From Candidatus Cloacimonadales bacterium (GTDB lineage Bacteria > Cloacimonadota > Cloacimonadia > Cloacimonadales > DAONDQ01), in NCBI GenBank assembly GCA_963662275.1, contig OY759316.1:352001-416000 (forward strand): DNA of 64,000 nucleotides. The letters run 5' to 3'. Under the pieces are notes generated by a model. The model was given only the letters and a program-made list of their open reading frames with translations. It ran no database searches and was not told the DNA's origin. This document shows, in pieces, positions 39,389 to 49,320 of the stretch. Each line of letters begins with the position of its first letter. Within the stretch, counting starts at the first letter, position 1. Made by a program: the position numbers and the translations under genes.

Positions 39389-40504
39389 ATGAAAAAAATC
39401 AAACTTATCTACTGGCAGGCACTTGCAGTATTAATTGCATTCACATGCTTTTCACTGACTTGTCAGGCACAAGGAAAGAAAATGGTAGAACCAGCAAAAA
39501 CTCAAAACACTTCCCTCGTTTATTTTACTAAGGAAATTACTGCAAAAGGGCTGCTGAAAGTTGCTGAACCAATGGATTCATTGATTCATGGTAAAGTAGC
39601 TATGAAAGTTCATTTCGGTGAAGAAGGTAACAAAAATTACATACCTGCTGATTCTTTGAAGCTTCTTGCCCAAAAACACAAAGTTACTTTCGTTGAAACT
39701 AATGTCCTTTATGGCGGGAAACGGGGACATACTGAGTCCCATATCCAGCTTGCCAAAGATCATGGCTTTTCCTATGCACCGATTGATATCCTGGACTCTG
39801 AAGGAGAACTGGAAATACCTTTTGATGGAAAACACTACAAAGCTGTTTATACCGGTTCTCACATCAATAATTATGACACATTCATCGTTGTTTCTCATTT
39901 CAAAGGACATATGGCTTCCGGTTTTGGGGGAGCTATCAAGAACATCTCCATGGGAATGGCAAGTTATCGTGGAAAGTTAGCTCTTCATGCCAATACTCAA
40001 CCTAAATATGATCCTGCCAAATGTACTAAATGCGGAACATGCGTTAAGACTTGTCCGAAAAAAGCCATTACCATCAATCCTCTTCACGTGGATAAGAAGT
40101 TGTGTATTGCCTGTGGTAAATGCATCCAGGTATGTCCGGCTCATGCATTCAGGATTCCCTGGGAAGATGTTCCTGCTCCGGTATTCCTGGAAAGATTAGT
40201 TGAATACGCAAAAGCAATTACTGAAGGTAGAAATATAGTCTATATTAATGTACTCGCTTCGATTTCACCGGATTGCGATTGTTTTGGAAAAGCTCGTCCA
40301 CCATTTATGCATGATATCGGTATTTTAGCTTCCACTGATATAGTAGCCCTGGAACAGGCAAGTCTTGATATGGTTAATGAACACTATGGCAGTAAAGATG
40401 CTTTTCTCAAGGAAGCTGGTAATTCTGGTGACCACCAGGTGGAATATGCGGAACAGCTTGGTATGGGAACAACAAAATATAAAATCGTGGATTTAGATAA
40501 ATAA
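39389..40504 (+). CDS. DUF362 domain 2x[4Fe-4S] protein
   Basis: KVHFGE, SHFKGH, GGAIKN, two CxxCxxCxxxCP, SPDCDC, DIGILAS. Confidence 0.9.
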   Translation: MKKIKLIYWQALAVLIAFTCFSLTCQAQGKKMVEPAKTQNTSLVYFTKEITAKGLLKVAEPMDSLIHGKVAMKVHFGEEGNKNYIPADSLKLLAQKHKVTFVETNVLYGGKRGHTESHIQLAKDHGFSYAPIDILDSEGELEIPFDGKHYKAVYTGSHINNYDTFIVVSHFKGHMASGFGGAIKNISMGMASYRGKLALHANTQPKYDPAKCTKCGTCVKTCPKKAITINPLHVDKKLCIACGKCIQVCPAHAFRIPWEDVPAPVFLERLVEYAKAITEGRNIVYINVLASISPDCDCFGKARPPFMHDIGILASTDIVALEQASLDMVNEHYGSKDAFLKEAGNSGDHQVEYAEQLGMGTTKYKIVDLDK

Positions 40505-40510
40505 AGTTAT

Positions 40511-40618
40511 GTAGGGGTCCGCGTCAGCAGACCCGCTCCGTTGTATTTGTTCTGGAATTAAGTATCAATTAAATAAAAGTGGTGATGAAAGAACGGGTCT
40601 GCTGCTGCAAACCCCTAC
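40511..40618. repeat. REP-like family C inverted pair
   Basis: GTAGGGGTCCGCGTCAGCAGACCCG and degenerate inverse CGGGTCTGCTG..CCCCTAC. Confidence 0.7.
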
Positions 40619-40623
40619 AATAT

Positions 40624-40655
40624 AAAAAAGGGTTCGGCAGATGAATACCGAACCC
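40624..40655 (-). terminator. Intrinsic terminator for the DUF2089/DUF4097 operon
   Basis: GGGTTCGG...CCGAACCC stem with A6 on + strand. Confidence 0.65.
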
Positions 40656-40687
40656 GGAGGATTCCGAAGCGATCTTTTTCTATCTAT

Positions 40688-41977
40688 CTATTTGGATTGC
40701 ATGGCTTTCAGAAGGATAGCAGCTTCATCAGCGGTAATCTTTCCATTTTCCAGCAATTCAAGGATTTTTAGTTTGCTTTTGTTTTCTTCATTTTCCAGTG
40801 GTTCAGGTGGTTCAGGGGGTTCGAAATCAGGATTAACAGCTCTTTGGATCTTATCTCCCATACGCTGAATTTTATCGGTCACTCTTTCTATATCCAGTTT
40901 TCTTTCAATATCAGGAACATTGATTTTCTTTACCACTTTCCCCAAAGCCACAGAAACTGACTGCGAAATCTGATTTGCCAGGTTAGTAGCAAAAGTAGTG
41001 ATGTGTGTAATGCTTTCATCGAAGTCATTAGGAACACCGCTAAACTCAACCCGAAATTCCTTTTCTCCGGTATTTTCTTCCTTGATCTTGATCATACCGG
41101 TTTCCGATCTCACATTTAAGGTGATACCACCCTCTCCTTCCTTCATGTGAACACGCTTACAACAATCTTCCTGCTCATTTTCCAGTACTTGACATGTCTC
41201 TGATAATTGAAGCACGATCGCTCCTACTTCATTTTCTGCGGTGATATCATAATCACTTCCCGAGGCTAGCGATACCCGAATCGCTCCGTGTTCTGTTTCA
41301 ACATTGTATGTACCTGAGATTTCCTTCTGGATATCAATCTTCACAGGACCGTTTTCACCCCTGATCGACACTTCATTGAAAACGTTTTCCCTTGTTGTAA
41401 CAGGACCATTTTCGATTTCGATTTCCATCGTTGCACCAGTCGAACCAGATACTTTAACAGGTCCATTTTCCATGTGTATTGTGATATTTCCTGAATAATC
41501 AGCTATATCAATCGGTCCGTTTTCTGCTTCTGCATCTAATGTGCCCTGACAGTTTTTTACTCGTATAGGTCCATTCTCTGTCCGGAGTGTTATGATTTGA
41601 GTCAAATCCTCAGCACTTAAAGAACCGTTCTCACTTTCTGCAACAAGTGGGCAGTTTTTCGGTATTTCGATGATGAAGTGAAAATTCCTGTTCCAACCTC
41701 TTTCCATATAGGGTTCCAATTCTTCTTCATCAATTTCAATTGTGACGTTAGCTGTCTTTTGCCCTGAGACATCGAAAATATCTTTTAGTAATTCTTGTTT
41801 GTCTGCAATGTTCTTGATTTTTTCTATTTGATCCTGATTGGTCAAACTGATTTCGACACTCATCATGATCTCATTTGTCTCACTGGGGCGAATTGTTAAG
41901 GGTGAATTTTCAATCTGAATTGTGATCGTGGCTCCTTCCTGGATATCTATACCACGGGTTAGTTTCGTGTTTTCCAT
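40688..41977 (-). CDS. DUF4097 beta-strand-repeat protein with C-terminal SHOCT-like helix
   Basis: Repeated ENGPI/V motifs; KILELLENGKITADEAAILL; AAGGAG SD before ATG 41977. Confidence 0.85.
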   Translation of the reverse strand: MENTKLTRGIDIQEGATITIQIENSPLTIRPSETNEIMMSVEISLTNQDQIEKIKNIADKQELLKDIFDVSGQKTANVTIEIDEEELEPYMERGWNRNFHFIIEIPKNCPLVAESENGSLSAEDLTQIITLRTENGPIRVKNCQGTLDAEAENGPIDIADYSGNITIHMENGPVKVSGSTGATMEIEIENGPVTTRENVFNEVSIRGENGPVKIDIQKEISGTYNVETEHGAIRVSLASGSDYDITAENEVGAIVLQLSETCQVLENEQEDCCKRVHMKEGEGGITLNVRSETGMIKIKEENTGEKEFRVEFSGVPNDFDESITHITTFATNLANQISQSVSVALGKVVKKINVPDIERKLDIERVTDKIQRMGDKIQRAVNPDFEPPEPPEPLENEENKSKLKILELLENGKITADEAAILLKAMQSK

Positions 41978-41987
41978 GGTCTCTCCT

Positions 41988-42170
41988 TTAATACCATTTT
42001 GTTGTTTTGATTGATACGTCTGGTTTGGGTTTGATTTCTTTCTGAACATCCTGTTGCTGTTTAGGTTCATCCTTTGTGGCCGGCAGAGGATGTGGCTGTT
42101 CAGTATTTGCTTTATAGTTGATCTGGTTTGTTTGTTTATTATATATTTCTGCTCTTATGACTGGGTTCAT
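41988..42170 (-). CDS. Small hypothetical protein (60 aa)
   Basis: ATGA overlap with the upstream stop; fills the gap within the operon. Confidence 0.5.
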   Translation of the reverse strand: MNPVIRAEIYNKQTNQINYKANTEQPHPLPATKDEPKQQQDVQKEIKPKPDVSIKTTKWY

Positions 42171-42541
42171 TCCTTATTCCTCCTGCTTTGCATTTCTTTG
42201 ATGACTTCTTCCACAGAAAGATTACCCCGATCAATTTCTTCCAACAAATCGAGATATTTATAGTTCTGTTTTTCCTGGGGAGCGATGATTTCAATGATGT
42301 CAGCCAAACGACTCTTCACAGTCGGATAAGAAATATTAAGACGTTTTTCCATTTCTTTAATATTTCCTTGACTAATTAAGAAGGTTTTGATAAATTCTAA
42401 TTGAATGTCACTCAAGCCGGCAAAAATATCAATGGCAAAGCGTCCGCGAATAGTTGTATGGCATTGAGTGCAAAGATACTCACGAATTTCGAGGTTTTGT
42501 GAACAGACGGGGCAGGAAATTAAGCTTGCTTTCTTCTTCAT
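42167..42541 (-). CDS. DUF2089 family protein (Zn ribbon + HTH + SHOCT-like)
   Basis: CPVC..CTQC..TIRGRF, GNIKEMEKRLNISYPTVKSRL; GGAGGA SD. Confidence 0.9.
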   Translation of the reverse strand: MKKKASLISCPVCSQNLEIREYLCTQCHTTIRGRFAIDIFAGLSDIQLEFIKTFLISQGNIKEMEKRLNISYPTVKSRLADIIEIIAPQEKQNYKYLDLLEEIDRGNLSVEEVIKEMQSRRNKE

Positions 42542-42578
42542 TTTCAATTCCTCCTAGTGGGACTTAACATAATCAAGG

Positions 42579-42609
42579 TTCACATTAATAATGTTAATGT
42601 GAATGTCAA
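42579..42609 (-). promoter_or_regulatory. Promoter with overlapping palindromic operator candidate
   Basis: Minus-strand TTGACA (42609-42604) abutting the perfect IR TTCACATTAA-N5-TTAATGTGAA. Confidence 0.6.
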
Positions 42610-42913
42610 GATAATTAATAAGATTATTGAATATGTTAAGATAAGTGCTGATAAAATCTGACAAAAAAGACCCTGGTGTTACCTCTGAACATCTTGAAAT
42701 ACAATTGAAGTGCTGACTATCATTTTTCTACCCATGCTCTATCCATACGCTACCAGTTGGACGAAAGTGAGATTTACATGAAAATTGAATTTGATTTGAG
42801 AGGAATAGGGATTTCTGTTTCCGGGTGAAACATATATCTCAGTATTCTTCTGAGTTGAATTGTTCCTGCATTCTTTGATGACCTAACTGAAAAAATGTCT
42901 CTAGCTACTGACA

Positions 42914-43011
42914 ATGAAAATATCGATTTTGAAGTCCAAATTTCCATTTATCTGGGTATTTATATAAGATGCGAAGGAAATTAGAACTCCAAACTCTTGG
43001 CTTTCATATAA
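42914..43011 (-). repeat. Family H dispersed repeat copy
   Basis: Reverse complement of 12914-13010. Confidence 0.7.
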
Positions 43012-43025
43012 AACCCATTTGACAA

Positions 43026-43055
43026 GTAGAGACGCGCAATTTGCACGTCTCTACA
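43026..43055. repeat. GTAG-type REP-like palindrome / possible terminator
   Basis: GTAGAGACGCGCAA/TTGCACGTCTCTAC. Confidence 0.55.
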
Positions 43056-43064
43056 TCTATTAAA

Positions 43065-44210
43065 TTAGAATTCCTTCAAAAGGTTTGCAGCTACAATACT
43101 ACGTTGAATCTGGTTGGTTCCTTCATAGATTTGCAGTATCTTGGCATCACGCATCATCTTCTCGACAGGATATTCCTTCATATAGCCATAACCACCGAGT
43201 ATTTGCACAGCATCAGTTGTGACACGCATGGCAACATCAGAAGCGAAATACTTACACATCGCAGATTCCTTGGAGTAGTTCTTTGCTCCTCCATCAATCA
43301 TACGGGCAGTTTGCATTACTAAGGCACGTGCAGCTTCTATATCTGTCGCCATATCTGCTAACATGAATTGCACTGCCTGGAAGGAGGAAATTGGTTTGCC
43401 GAACTGCTGACGTTCCTTGGAATATTTGGCAGCACATTCAAATGCACCACGTGCTACTCCAACTGCCTGTGCTCCTACCATAGGACGTGATTTATCGAAT
43501 ACTTTCATGGCAAGGATGAAGCCCATACCTTCTTTCATGAGGATATTTTCTGCAGGAATGCGACAATTGTCGAAAATCAATTCACGTGTTGCATTGGCGC
43601 GAATTCCCATTTTGTTTTCTTTTTTTCCAAAAGAGAAACCGGGAGTCCCTTTTTCCACGATGAAACAGGAAGCGCCACGGGCACCACGAGTCTTATCTGT
43701 CATAGCAAAGATTGTATATATTTCAGCTTCTCCACCGTTGGATATCCACTGCTTTGTTCCATTCAACACATAAAAATCACCGTCACGGGTTGCAGTTGTT
43801 TCAATAGCCCCGGCATCTGAACCGGCATTGGCTTCAGTTAGACCGAAGGCAGCCAACTTTGAACCGGAAGCAATTTGAGGTAAATACTTCTGTTTCTGTT
43901 CTTCAGTTCCACCCAATATAATAGGATACATACCCAGACCGGTTACACCAAAGGCAAGTGAAATACCCATATCAACACGGCATAATTCTTCTGTGACAAT
44001 TGCCAGATCCATCACTTTACCACTGATTCCGCCGTATTCTTCAGGTACAAGCACAGCAAACAGATCGGATTGAGCCATGATTTTGACAATATCCCAAGGG
44101 AAAATGGCTTCTTCATCATATTTTTCGGTAAGTGGTCTGATCTTTTCTTCTGCTATACGTCGGGCAATTTCTTTCATCTCTAATTGGTCTTCGGTTAAAA
44201 AATACTCCAT
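43065..44210 (-). CDS. Acyl-CoA dehydrogenase (short-chain/butyryl-CoA type)
   Basis: FGLTEANAGSDA, NGTKQWISNG, KMGIRA, RQQFGK, GGYGY, IYEGTNQIQR; GGAGG SD before ATG 44210. Confidence 0.95.
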   Translation of the reverse strand: MEYFLTEDQLEMKEIARRIAEEKIRPLTEKYDEEAIFPWDIVKIMAQSDLFAVLVPEEYGGISGKVMDLAIVTEELCRVDMGISLAFGVTGLGMYPIILGGTEEQKQKYLPQIASGSKLAAFGLTEANAGSDAGAIETTATRDGDFYVLNGTKQWISNGGEAEIYTIFAMTDKTRGARGASCFIVEKGTPGFSFGKKENKMGIRANATRELIFDNCRIPAENILMKEGMGFILAMKVFDKSRPMVGAQAVGVARGAFECAAKYSKERQQFGKPISSFQAVQFMLADMATDIEAARALVMQTARMIDGGAKNYSKESAMCKYFASDVAMRVTTDAVQILGGYGYMKEYPVEKMMRDAKILQIYEGTNQIQRSIVAANLLKEF

Positions 44211-44503
44211 ATTATCCTCCAAACTGAATTTGCTTCACAATCCAGTGTACATCAGTATTAAGCAATGATGGTTTACATTTTGGATAAAGGAGGGAATGTC
44301 AAGGGGATTCTATTCCCAGGGGATCCTTCAATTATAATGTTTGAGGTTTTCTTATCTTCATATCTTTGATCCAAAAGCTTTAACTGTTAGGGAAAAAAGA
44401 GATAAAAATAAGATGAAAGCGATTTTTACTTCATGTTTCCCCTTCTCCCCTTCCGTCCTTTTGCCTCACTGGCACCTGACACCTGAGACCTGTAACCTTC
44501 TAC

Positions 44504-45733
44504 TTAATCATTATACAAAGCTGAGATTCTTTGAATTCTATCGATATTATCGGTAAAGATTTCGATTAATTCCGGGTCAAAAGCAGAACCGGAACATCTT
44601 TCCAATTCATCCATCACCTGTGCCTGATCCCAAGCTTCCTTATAAACGCGGGGACGGGAAAGTGCATCATAAACATCTGCAATTTTGACTATGCGTCCCC
44701 ATATGGAAATCTCTTCACCTTTGAGTCCAGTACCCATTTTGTGGTTTGTATGTGAATCAAGGTCTTTCTCTAAACTGTAATGTCCCGGGTAACCGGTTCC
44801 ATCCCAGCTTTCGTGGTGTCTTAACGCTATTTCAGCCGCCATGATTTCCAATTCGGAGGAGCTTTCCTTAAATAACTGAAATCCCAGGAGAGCATGCTGC
44901 TTGATGATATCGTATTCTTCAGGAGTCAATTTCCCCGGTTTTTTAAGAATATGATCCGGAACTGCAACTTTTCCAACATCATGCAGCATAGATGCAACAC
45001 GTAACATATCTTTCCGGATATCGATTTCAGATTCCGGGATTTTATTTTTACGTGCCCATACTTCATATAATTCAGCAGAATAAGCGCCAACTCTATTCAC
45101 GTGAGGACCGGTTTCCAGCGGGTCACGTAATTCAGCCATACTAATCATTCTCAATATAATTGTTCGAGTTAGTTCTGCTTTTTCTAGAGCAACTGCAGCG
45201 TTGTTTGCTAAATGTTCAAAGAAGGGTATCTCTTTATTTTTAAAAGGAACGACATTACCATCCTTGTCCTTGGCATTGATTAGTTGCAGGACACCAACAA
45301 TACGACTCGTTCCTGTTTTCAAAGGGATACTCAACATGGATTTCGTTTTATAACCAGCCATTACATCCACAATTTTACCAAATTGATATGAGGATTTTGG
45401 TGATATTTTATAAACATCAGGAATATTGAGGATTTCACCTGTTTCTGCAACGTAACCGGAGATTTTTAAGCGATCTATAGGAAATGACATTGTTGAGTAG
45501 ATGAGCTTTTGTCCATCGGGTAACTTACTTTGTTTAGTATCATTCTGTGAATATCGGAGATGAAGCATACCTTTCTGGCATTTATAGATTGTACCTGCGT
45601 CAGCAGATGCAAAACGTCTCGCTTCTGTTAATATCCTTTCAAGTAGGAAGTCTTCGTCGGTTACTTCTGTCATTAATTTACCTAAGCGAATGATTTCTTC
45701 TAACTTATCTCTCGTGTTCATATACTGCACCAC
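44504..45733 (-). CDS. GAF + HD-GYP cyclic-dinucleotide phosphodiesterase
   Basis: GAF (GYVAETGEILNIPDVY..TKSMLSIPL..GVLQLIN); ETGPH, LHDVGK, HHESWDGTGYP, ADVYDAL..R.YK. Confidence 0.93.
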   Translation of the reverse strand: MVQYMNTRDKLEEIIRLGKLMTEVTDEDFLLERILTEARRFASADAGTIYKCQKGMLHLRYSQNDTKQSKLPDGQKLIYSTMSFPIDRLKISGYVAETGEILNIPDVYKISPKSSYQFGKIVDVMAGYKTKSMLSIPLKTGTSRIVGVLQLINAKDKDGNVVPFKNKEIPFFEHLANNAAVALEKAELTRTIILRMISMAELRDPLETGPHVNRVGAYSAELYEVWARKNKIPESEIDIRKDMLRVASMLHDVGKVAVPDHILKKPGKLTPEEYDIIKQHALLGFQLFKESSSELEIMAAEIALRHHESWDGTGYPGHYSLEKDLDSHTNHKMGTGLKGEEISIWGRIVKIADVYDALSRPRVYKEAWDQAQVMDELERCSGSAFDPELIEIFTDNIDRIQRISALYND

Positions 45734-46864
45734 CTATTTAGTATTCATTGTAGGAATAGCGAAATTTTCATTTTTCTTATGTGTATTTTTCCAAATATCT
45801 ACTTTTTGTTTTTGTTCAGTGATTTGTTCTGGTGTTAGAGTTTTTTCCAAATCGTCTGCCATTGGAACGTATTGCTTCATGTCTTCGAAGGAACTATAAT
45901 TTGCTGCTAATGTCATCCAGTAATAGGCATCAGGAATACTTTTTACCAAGCCATTACCCTGGGAAGCTAGAACTGCCAGGCTATAGAAAGCACGAACATT
46001 ATTTTGTTCAGATGCTTTCTTTAACCATGTCACTGCTTCAGTGAAGTTCTGTTCCACTCCTGAACCTTGTCCATAAAGAATACCCAAGGCACTTTCACTA
46101 TCAGCATTTCCCTGCTCTGCTGACTTGCGATACCATAGGGCTGCCTCCGCATAATCAACATCGACCCCGGCACCTTGCGCATAGTAATTACCGACGATTG
46201 ATTGCGCTATCGCACTACCTTTATCGGCTGCTATTTTAAATTGGTTTAAAGCTAATGAATAATCTTGTTTGACTCCCCTGCCTTCCTGGTAAAGAACACC
46301 GAGTTGTATGATCGCTTCTATTTGTCCTTGCTCAGCAGCTTTACTGTACCAGGTGACAGCTATGGCTTCGTCTTTTTCTACTCCCTGCCCTTTTTCATAA
46401 CAGTAACCCAAGTTATATTTTGCTAAGGAATTTTCCATATTTGCACTTTTACGAAAGAGTTTTACGGCTTTTTCAGGATCCTTTGTTACACCTAGACCAT
46501 TCAAATAACAAACTCCCAGCAATCCAGATGCTTCAGGTATATTATTATCAGATGATTTTGTCAGCCATTCTGTTGCCGTTGTGTAATCCTGTGCAATACC
46601 TTCGCCAACGTAATACATGTAACCCAAATTATATTGGGCAGAAGGATGGTTCTTCTTTGCAGCTTCTATAAACCAGTAATATGCTTCCTTCATATTTTTA
46701 ATTGCTCCAAGTGATCCTTCAGCATATCGGGTTCCTAAAACATATGCTGCTTCAGCAGAACCGTTTTCAGCAGAATTCCGAAGATCATCAATACTGTCTA
46801 TTGCAGATATTTGAGTGATAAAGCTGATAATAACAATATAAAATATGATGGCAATGAGTTTCAT
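45734..46864 (-). CDS. Secreted Sel1-like repeat protein
   Basis: Signal peptide; about eight AQYNLG.MY..GEG...D...A..W..KAA repeats. Confidence 0.93.
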   Translation of the reverse strand: MKLIAIIFYIVIISFITQISAIDSIDDLRNSAENGSAEAAYVLGTRYAEGSLGAIKNMKEAYYWFIEAAKKNHPSAQYNLGYMYYVGEGIAQDYTTATEWLTKSSDNNIPEASGLLGVCYLNGLGVTKDPEKAVKLFRKSANMENSLAKYNLGYCYEKGQGVEKDEAIAVTWYSKAAEQGQIEAIIQLGVLYQEGRGVKQDYSLALNQFKIAADKGSAIAQSIVGNYYAQGAGVDVDYAEAALWYRKSAEQGNADSESALGILYGQGSGVEQNFTEAVTWLKKASEQNNVRAFYSLAVLASQGNGLVKSIPDAYYWMTLAANYSSFEDMKQYVPMADDLEKTLTPEQITEQKQKVDIWKNTHKKNENFAIPTMNTK

Positions 46865-46887
46865 TAATACTCCTTATAATGACGTTA

Positions 46888-46916
46888 ATAATAGGAATGG
46901 GTAATCTTAATGTCAA
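46888..46916 (-). promoter_or_regulatory. Sigma70-like promoter for the Sel1 + HD-GYP operon
   Basis: Minus strand TTGACA-17 bp-TATTAT, about 25 bp upstream of the AAGGAG-preceded ATG. Confidence 0.65.
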
Positions 46917-47219
46917 ATGTTTTTATAATATAGCCTGAAATAGTCCAGTTTTAAAAGAAGTGATTGTATCATGTTATATCTTGAAGAATGTTACTTTAGG
47001 AATTCTCTTCCAGAGGTATTGGGTTCCAAACCCAACAAAAAAAATTGAGAATTACAAAATAATCGGTTTTTGTGGGAAACGTCCGGATAGTATATGCAGA
47101 AGGGAACAGCGTATAGCGTACAGCGAACAGGGCGGAAAGGGAGCGGAAGGAAAATTCGGAGAGGAAGAGGAAGGAATTCACAGAAAATAGCGTGAGAAAT
47201 CTCTTAGGATGTGGGGGAT

Positions 47220-47310
47220 TTGTGAGCGGATCCTGAGGGAATCCTGAGGGAGTCCTGAGAGAAGTGCGAAGTTCGAACTTCGAAGTGCGAAGTACAGAGA
47301 AGAGAAGGGG
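47220..47310 (+). repeat. 11-bp repeat (RTCCTGAGRGA x3) abutting a family E heptamer run
   Basis: TCCTGAG at 47231, 47242, 47253; same motif at 132 and 154. Confidence 0.65.
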
Positions 47311-47523
47311 GAATTTAAGATTAATCTCTTTTCACTTTCGATTAGACTATAAAAAAGCCATTTGAAAAGAGATAGCTGTTTGAAAACAGCGTTCCATGAT
47401 TTTATAAAAACTCTTGACATAATAATGATTCAATTTCAACATTTAATAAAATAATAATAAATATCCATATTCAGAATCTTCCTTTTCTAGTATTAAAAAA
47501 TTCATAGTTAGAGAGTAGGCAAA

Positions 47524-49320
47524 ATGAATAATGAAATAACTCAGAATCAATTAAGCAGCGAAGAAATTCGAAATTCCCTGGAAAATATGGAGATCGAAAA
47601 AGCAAAGCTCGAATCAGCGTTGGTACCATTGTTAATCATGCTAACGGACTTGAAGAATTCCACAGTGTATTTTGATCGATTAGGAGATATTGCAGCAAAA
47701 TCTGTTATTTTTGCGCATAACCAGTTACTATTTCCTATTATTGAACAACATCACGGCATTATCGTAAAGACTACCGGAGATGGTATATTAGCATCCTTCG
47801 AAAGTGCTGCAGACGGTGTTGCTGCAAGTATTCAAATGCAGAAAGCTCTCAAAGAATTCAACAAGAGAAGAGAACCGGAATCAATCATGGAAATCAGGAT
47901 AGGTTTACATTATGGTAGGACTTTGGTTTTTGAGAAGGATGTTTTTGGAGATTCCATTAATACTGCTGCCCGTATTGAAGCCTTGGCAGACAGTGGACAG
48001 ATATTTCTTTCTAAAGCAGTTGTGGATGCAGCGCAATTAACTGAAGAATCGCTTTGTTTCATTGGGCATGTCTTACTGAAAGGCAAGCTTGTACCTGTGA
48101 GGATCTACGGATTAGTATGGGAAACAATGAATCCTGACCTTCTTTCAAGCTATGAAGAAAAGAAACGTACATTTGAGAAATTAAAATATGATAAGAACCA
48201 GCCTCAGATTAAAATAGAAGGTAATATTGCTTTGAAGGAAGATGAAACAGTACACATAGAATCTAAAAATAACCCATTCCTATATCGTTCTGCAATAACA
48301 CAACCTGCCTATTTCTATGGTAGGGATACTTTAATTCATAAAATATTCTCACGCCTGACCGCTCAACGTCCACAGTCGATATCGCTATACGGTGAAAGAA
48401 GAATTGGCAAATCCTCGCTTCTCTGGCAGATACAAAGCTTGAAATTACGTAAGCAATTTGTCCCTGACATTGAGAAGTATATCTTCATCTACATGGACAT
48501 CCAGTCCATGCGTTCAGCGACTATTGAGCACTTTATAGAGCATTTATTTAATGCAGTAAAAGACTCTTTCAGGGGTCAAATTCAATTTGAATTGCCCTGT
48601 GATTATCATGGTTTTACCTCTTTAGTAAGCGAATTGACAAAGGCAGATATCAAGATTATCGTTTTGTTTGATGAGTTCGACCTGATTACCCTCAATCATA
48701 ACTTCACAGAAGAATTCTATTCCTGGCTGCGTTCGATTGCCAGTCAATATCCGGTCGCATTCGTCACATCATCCTTTTCTCAATTACAGAATTTATGCGC
48801 TACCAAGAAAATATCAGATTCCCCTTTCTTCAATATCTTTACAGCTTTCCAAGTGAGTCCATTTACCCGGTTGGAAGCGGAAACTATGATCAAAGGCTTG
48901 CTGGAAATATCTCAAAGCGGTTATGATTTTTCTTCCTGGTATGATGAAATATGCAGACAGGCAGGATTACTGCCGTTCTTTATCCAGATATACTGTGCTA
49001 ATTTGTACGATTTATTTCCATCAAATCCAACTCTATCCGATGTAGCAGAAGCCTATTTTGAAGAAGCCAGGGAACACTTTGATCATATTATCCGTAATCT
49101 GACGAAAGAAGAAGCACAATGCATTGATTGCTTAATTTCAGGTAAGAAAATCGGGAAGAACCTGGTTCCTTCCTATCAGAATCTGTTGCGTAAGGGCTAT
49201 CTAATCGAAACTGAAGGTAAAGTAACCTCTTTTTCGAATCGGTTTGCCACCTATTTCACACAGCAAGCCACGAAGAATTCGAACCAGTCCATTTGGAGAC
49301 GTTTATGGAACAAATCCTGA
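47524..49320 (+). CDS. Class III adenylate cyclase fused to a STAND-like P-loop ATPase
   Basis: LTDLKNST, KTTGDG, RIGLHYG, DVFGDSINTAAR (cyclase); NPF..FYGR, GERRIGKSS, VLFDEFD, SPFFNIF (ATPase). Confidence 0.92.
   Translation: MNNEITQNQLSSEEIRNSLENMEIEKAKLESALVPLLIMLTDLKNSTVYFDRLGDIAAKSVIFAHNQLLFPIIEQHHGIIVKTTGDGILASFESAADGVAASIQMQKALKEFNKRREPESIMEIRIGLHYGRTLVFEKDVFGDSINTAARIEALADSGQIFLSKAVVDAAQLTEESLCFIGHVLLKGKLVPVRIYGLVWETMNPDLLSSYEEKKRTFEKLKYDKNQPQIKIEGNIALKEDETVHIESKNNPFLYRSAITQPAYFYGRDTLIHKIFSRLTAQRPQSISLYGERRIGKSSLLWQIQSLKLRKQFVPDIEKYIFIYMDIQSMRSATIEHFIEHLFNAVKDSFRGQIQFELPCDYHGFTSLVSELTKADIKIIVLFDEFDLITLNHNFTEEFYSWLRSIASQYPVAFVTSSFSQLQNLCATKKISDSPFFNIFTAFQVSPFTRLEAETMIKGLLEISQSGYDFSSWYDEICRQAGLLPFFIQIYCANLYDLFPSNPTLSDVAEAYFEEAREHFDHIIRNLTKEEAQCIDCLISGKKIGKNLVPSYQNLLRKGYLIETEGKVTSFSNRFATYFTQQATKNSNQSIWRRLWNKS

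Noticed and set aside
41978..42070. Longer start for the DUF4097 gene
   Set aside because: Overlaps the 60-aa ORF; a clear SD precedes ATG 41977
47524..49320. Pycsar or CBASS assignment
   Set aside because: Cyclase has adenine-type Lys/Asp residues and an ATPase fusion; no adjacent cNMP-binding TM/TIR effector or CD-NTase
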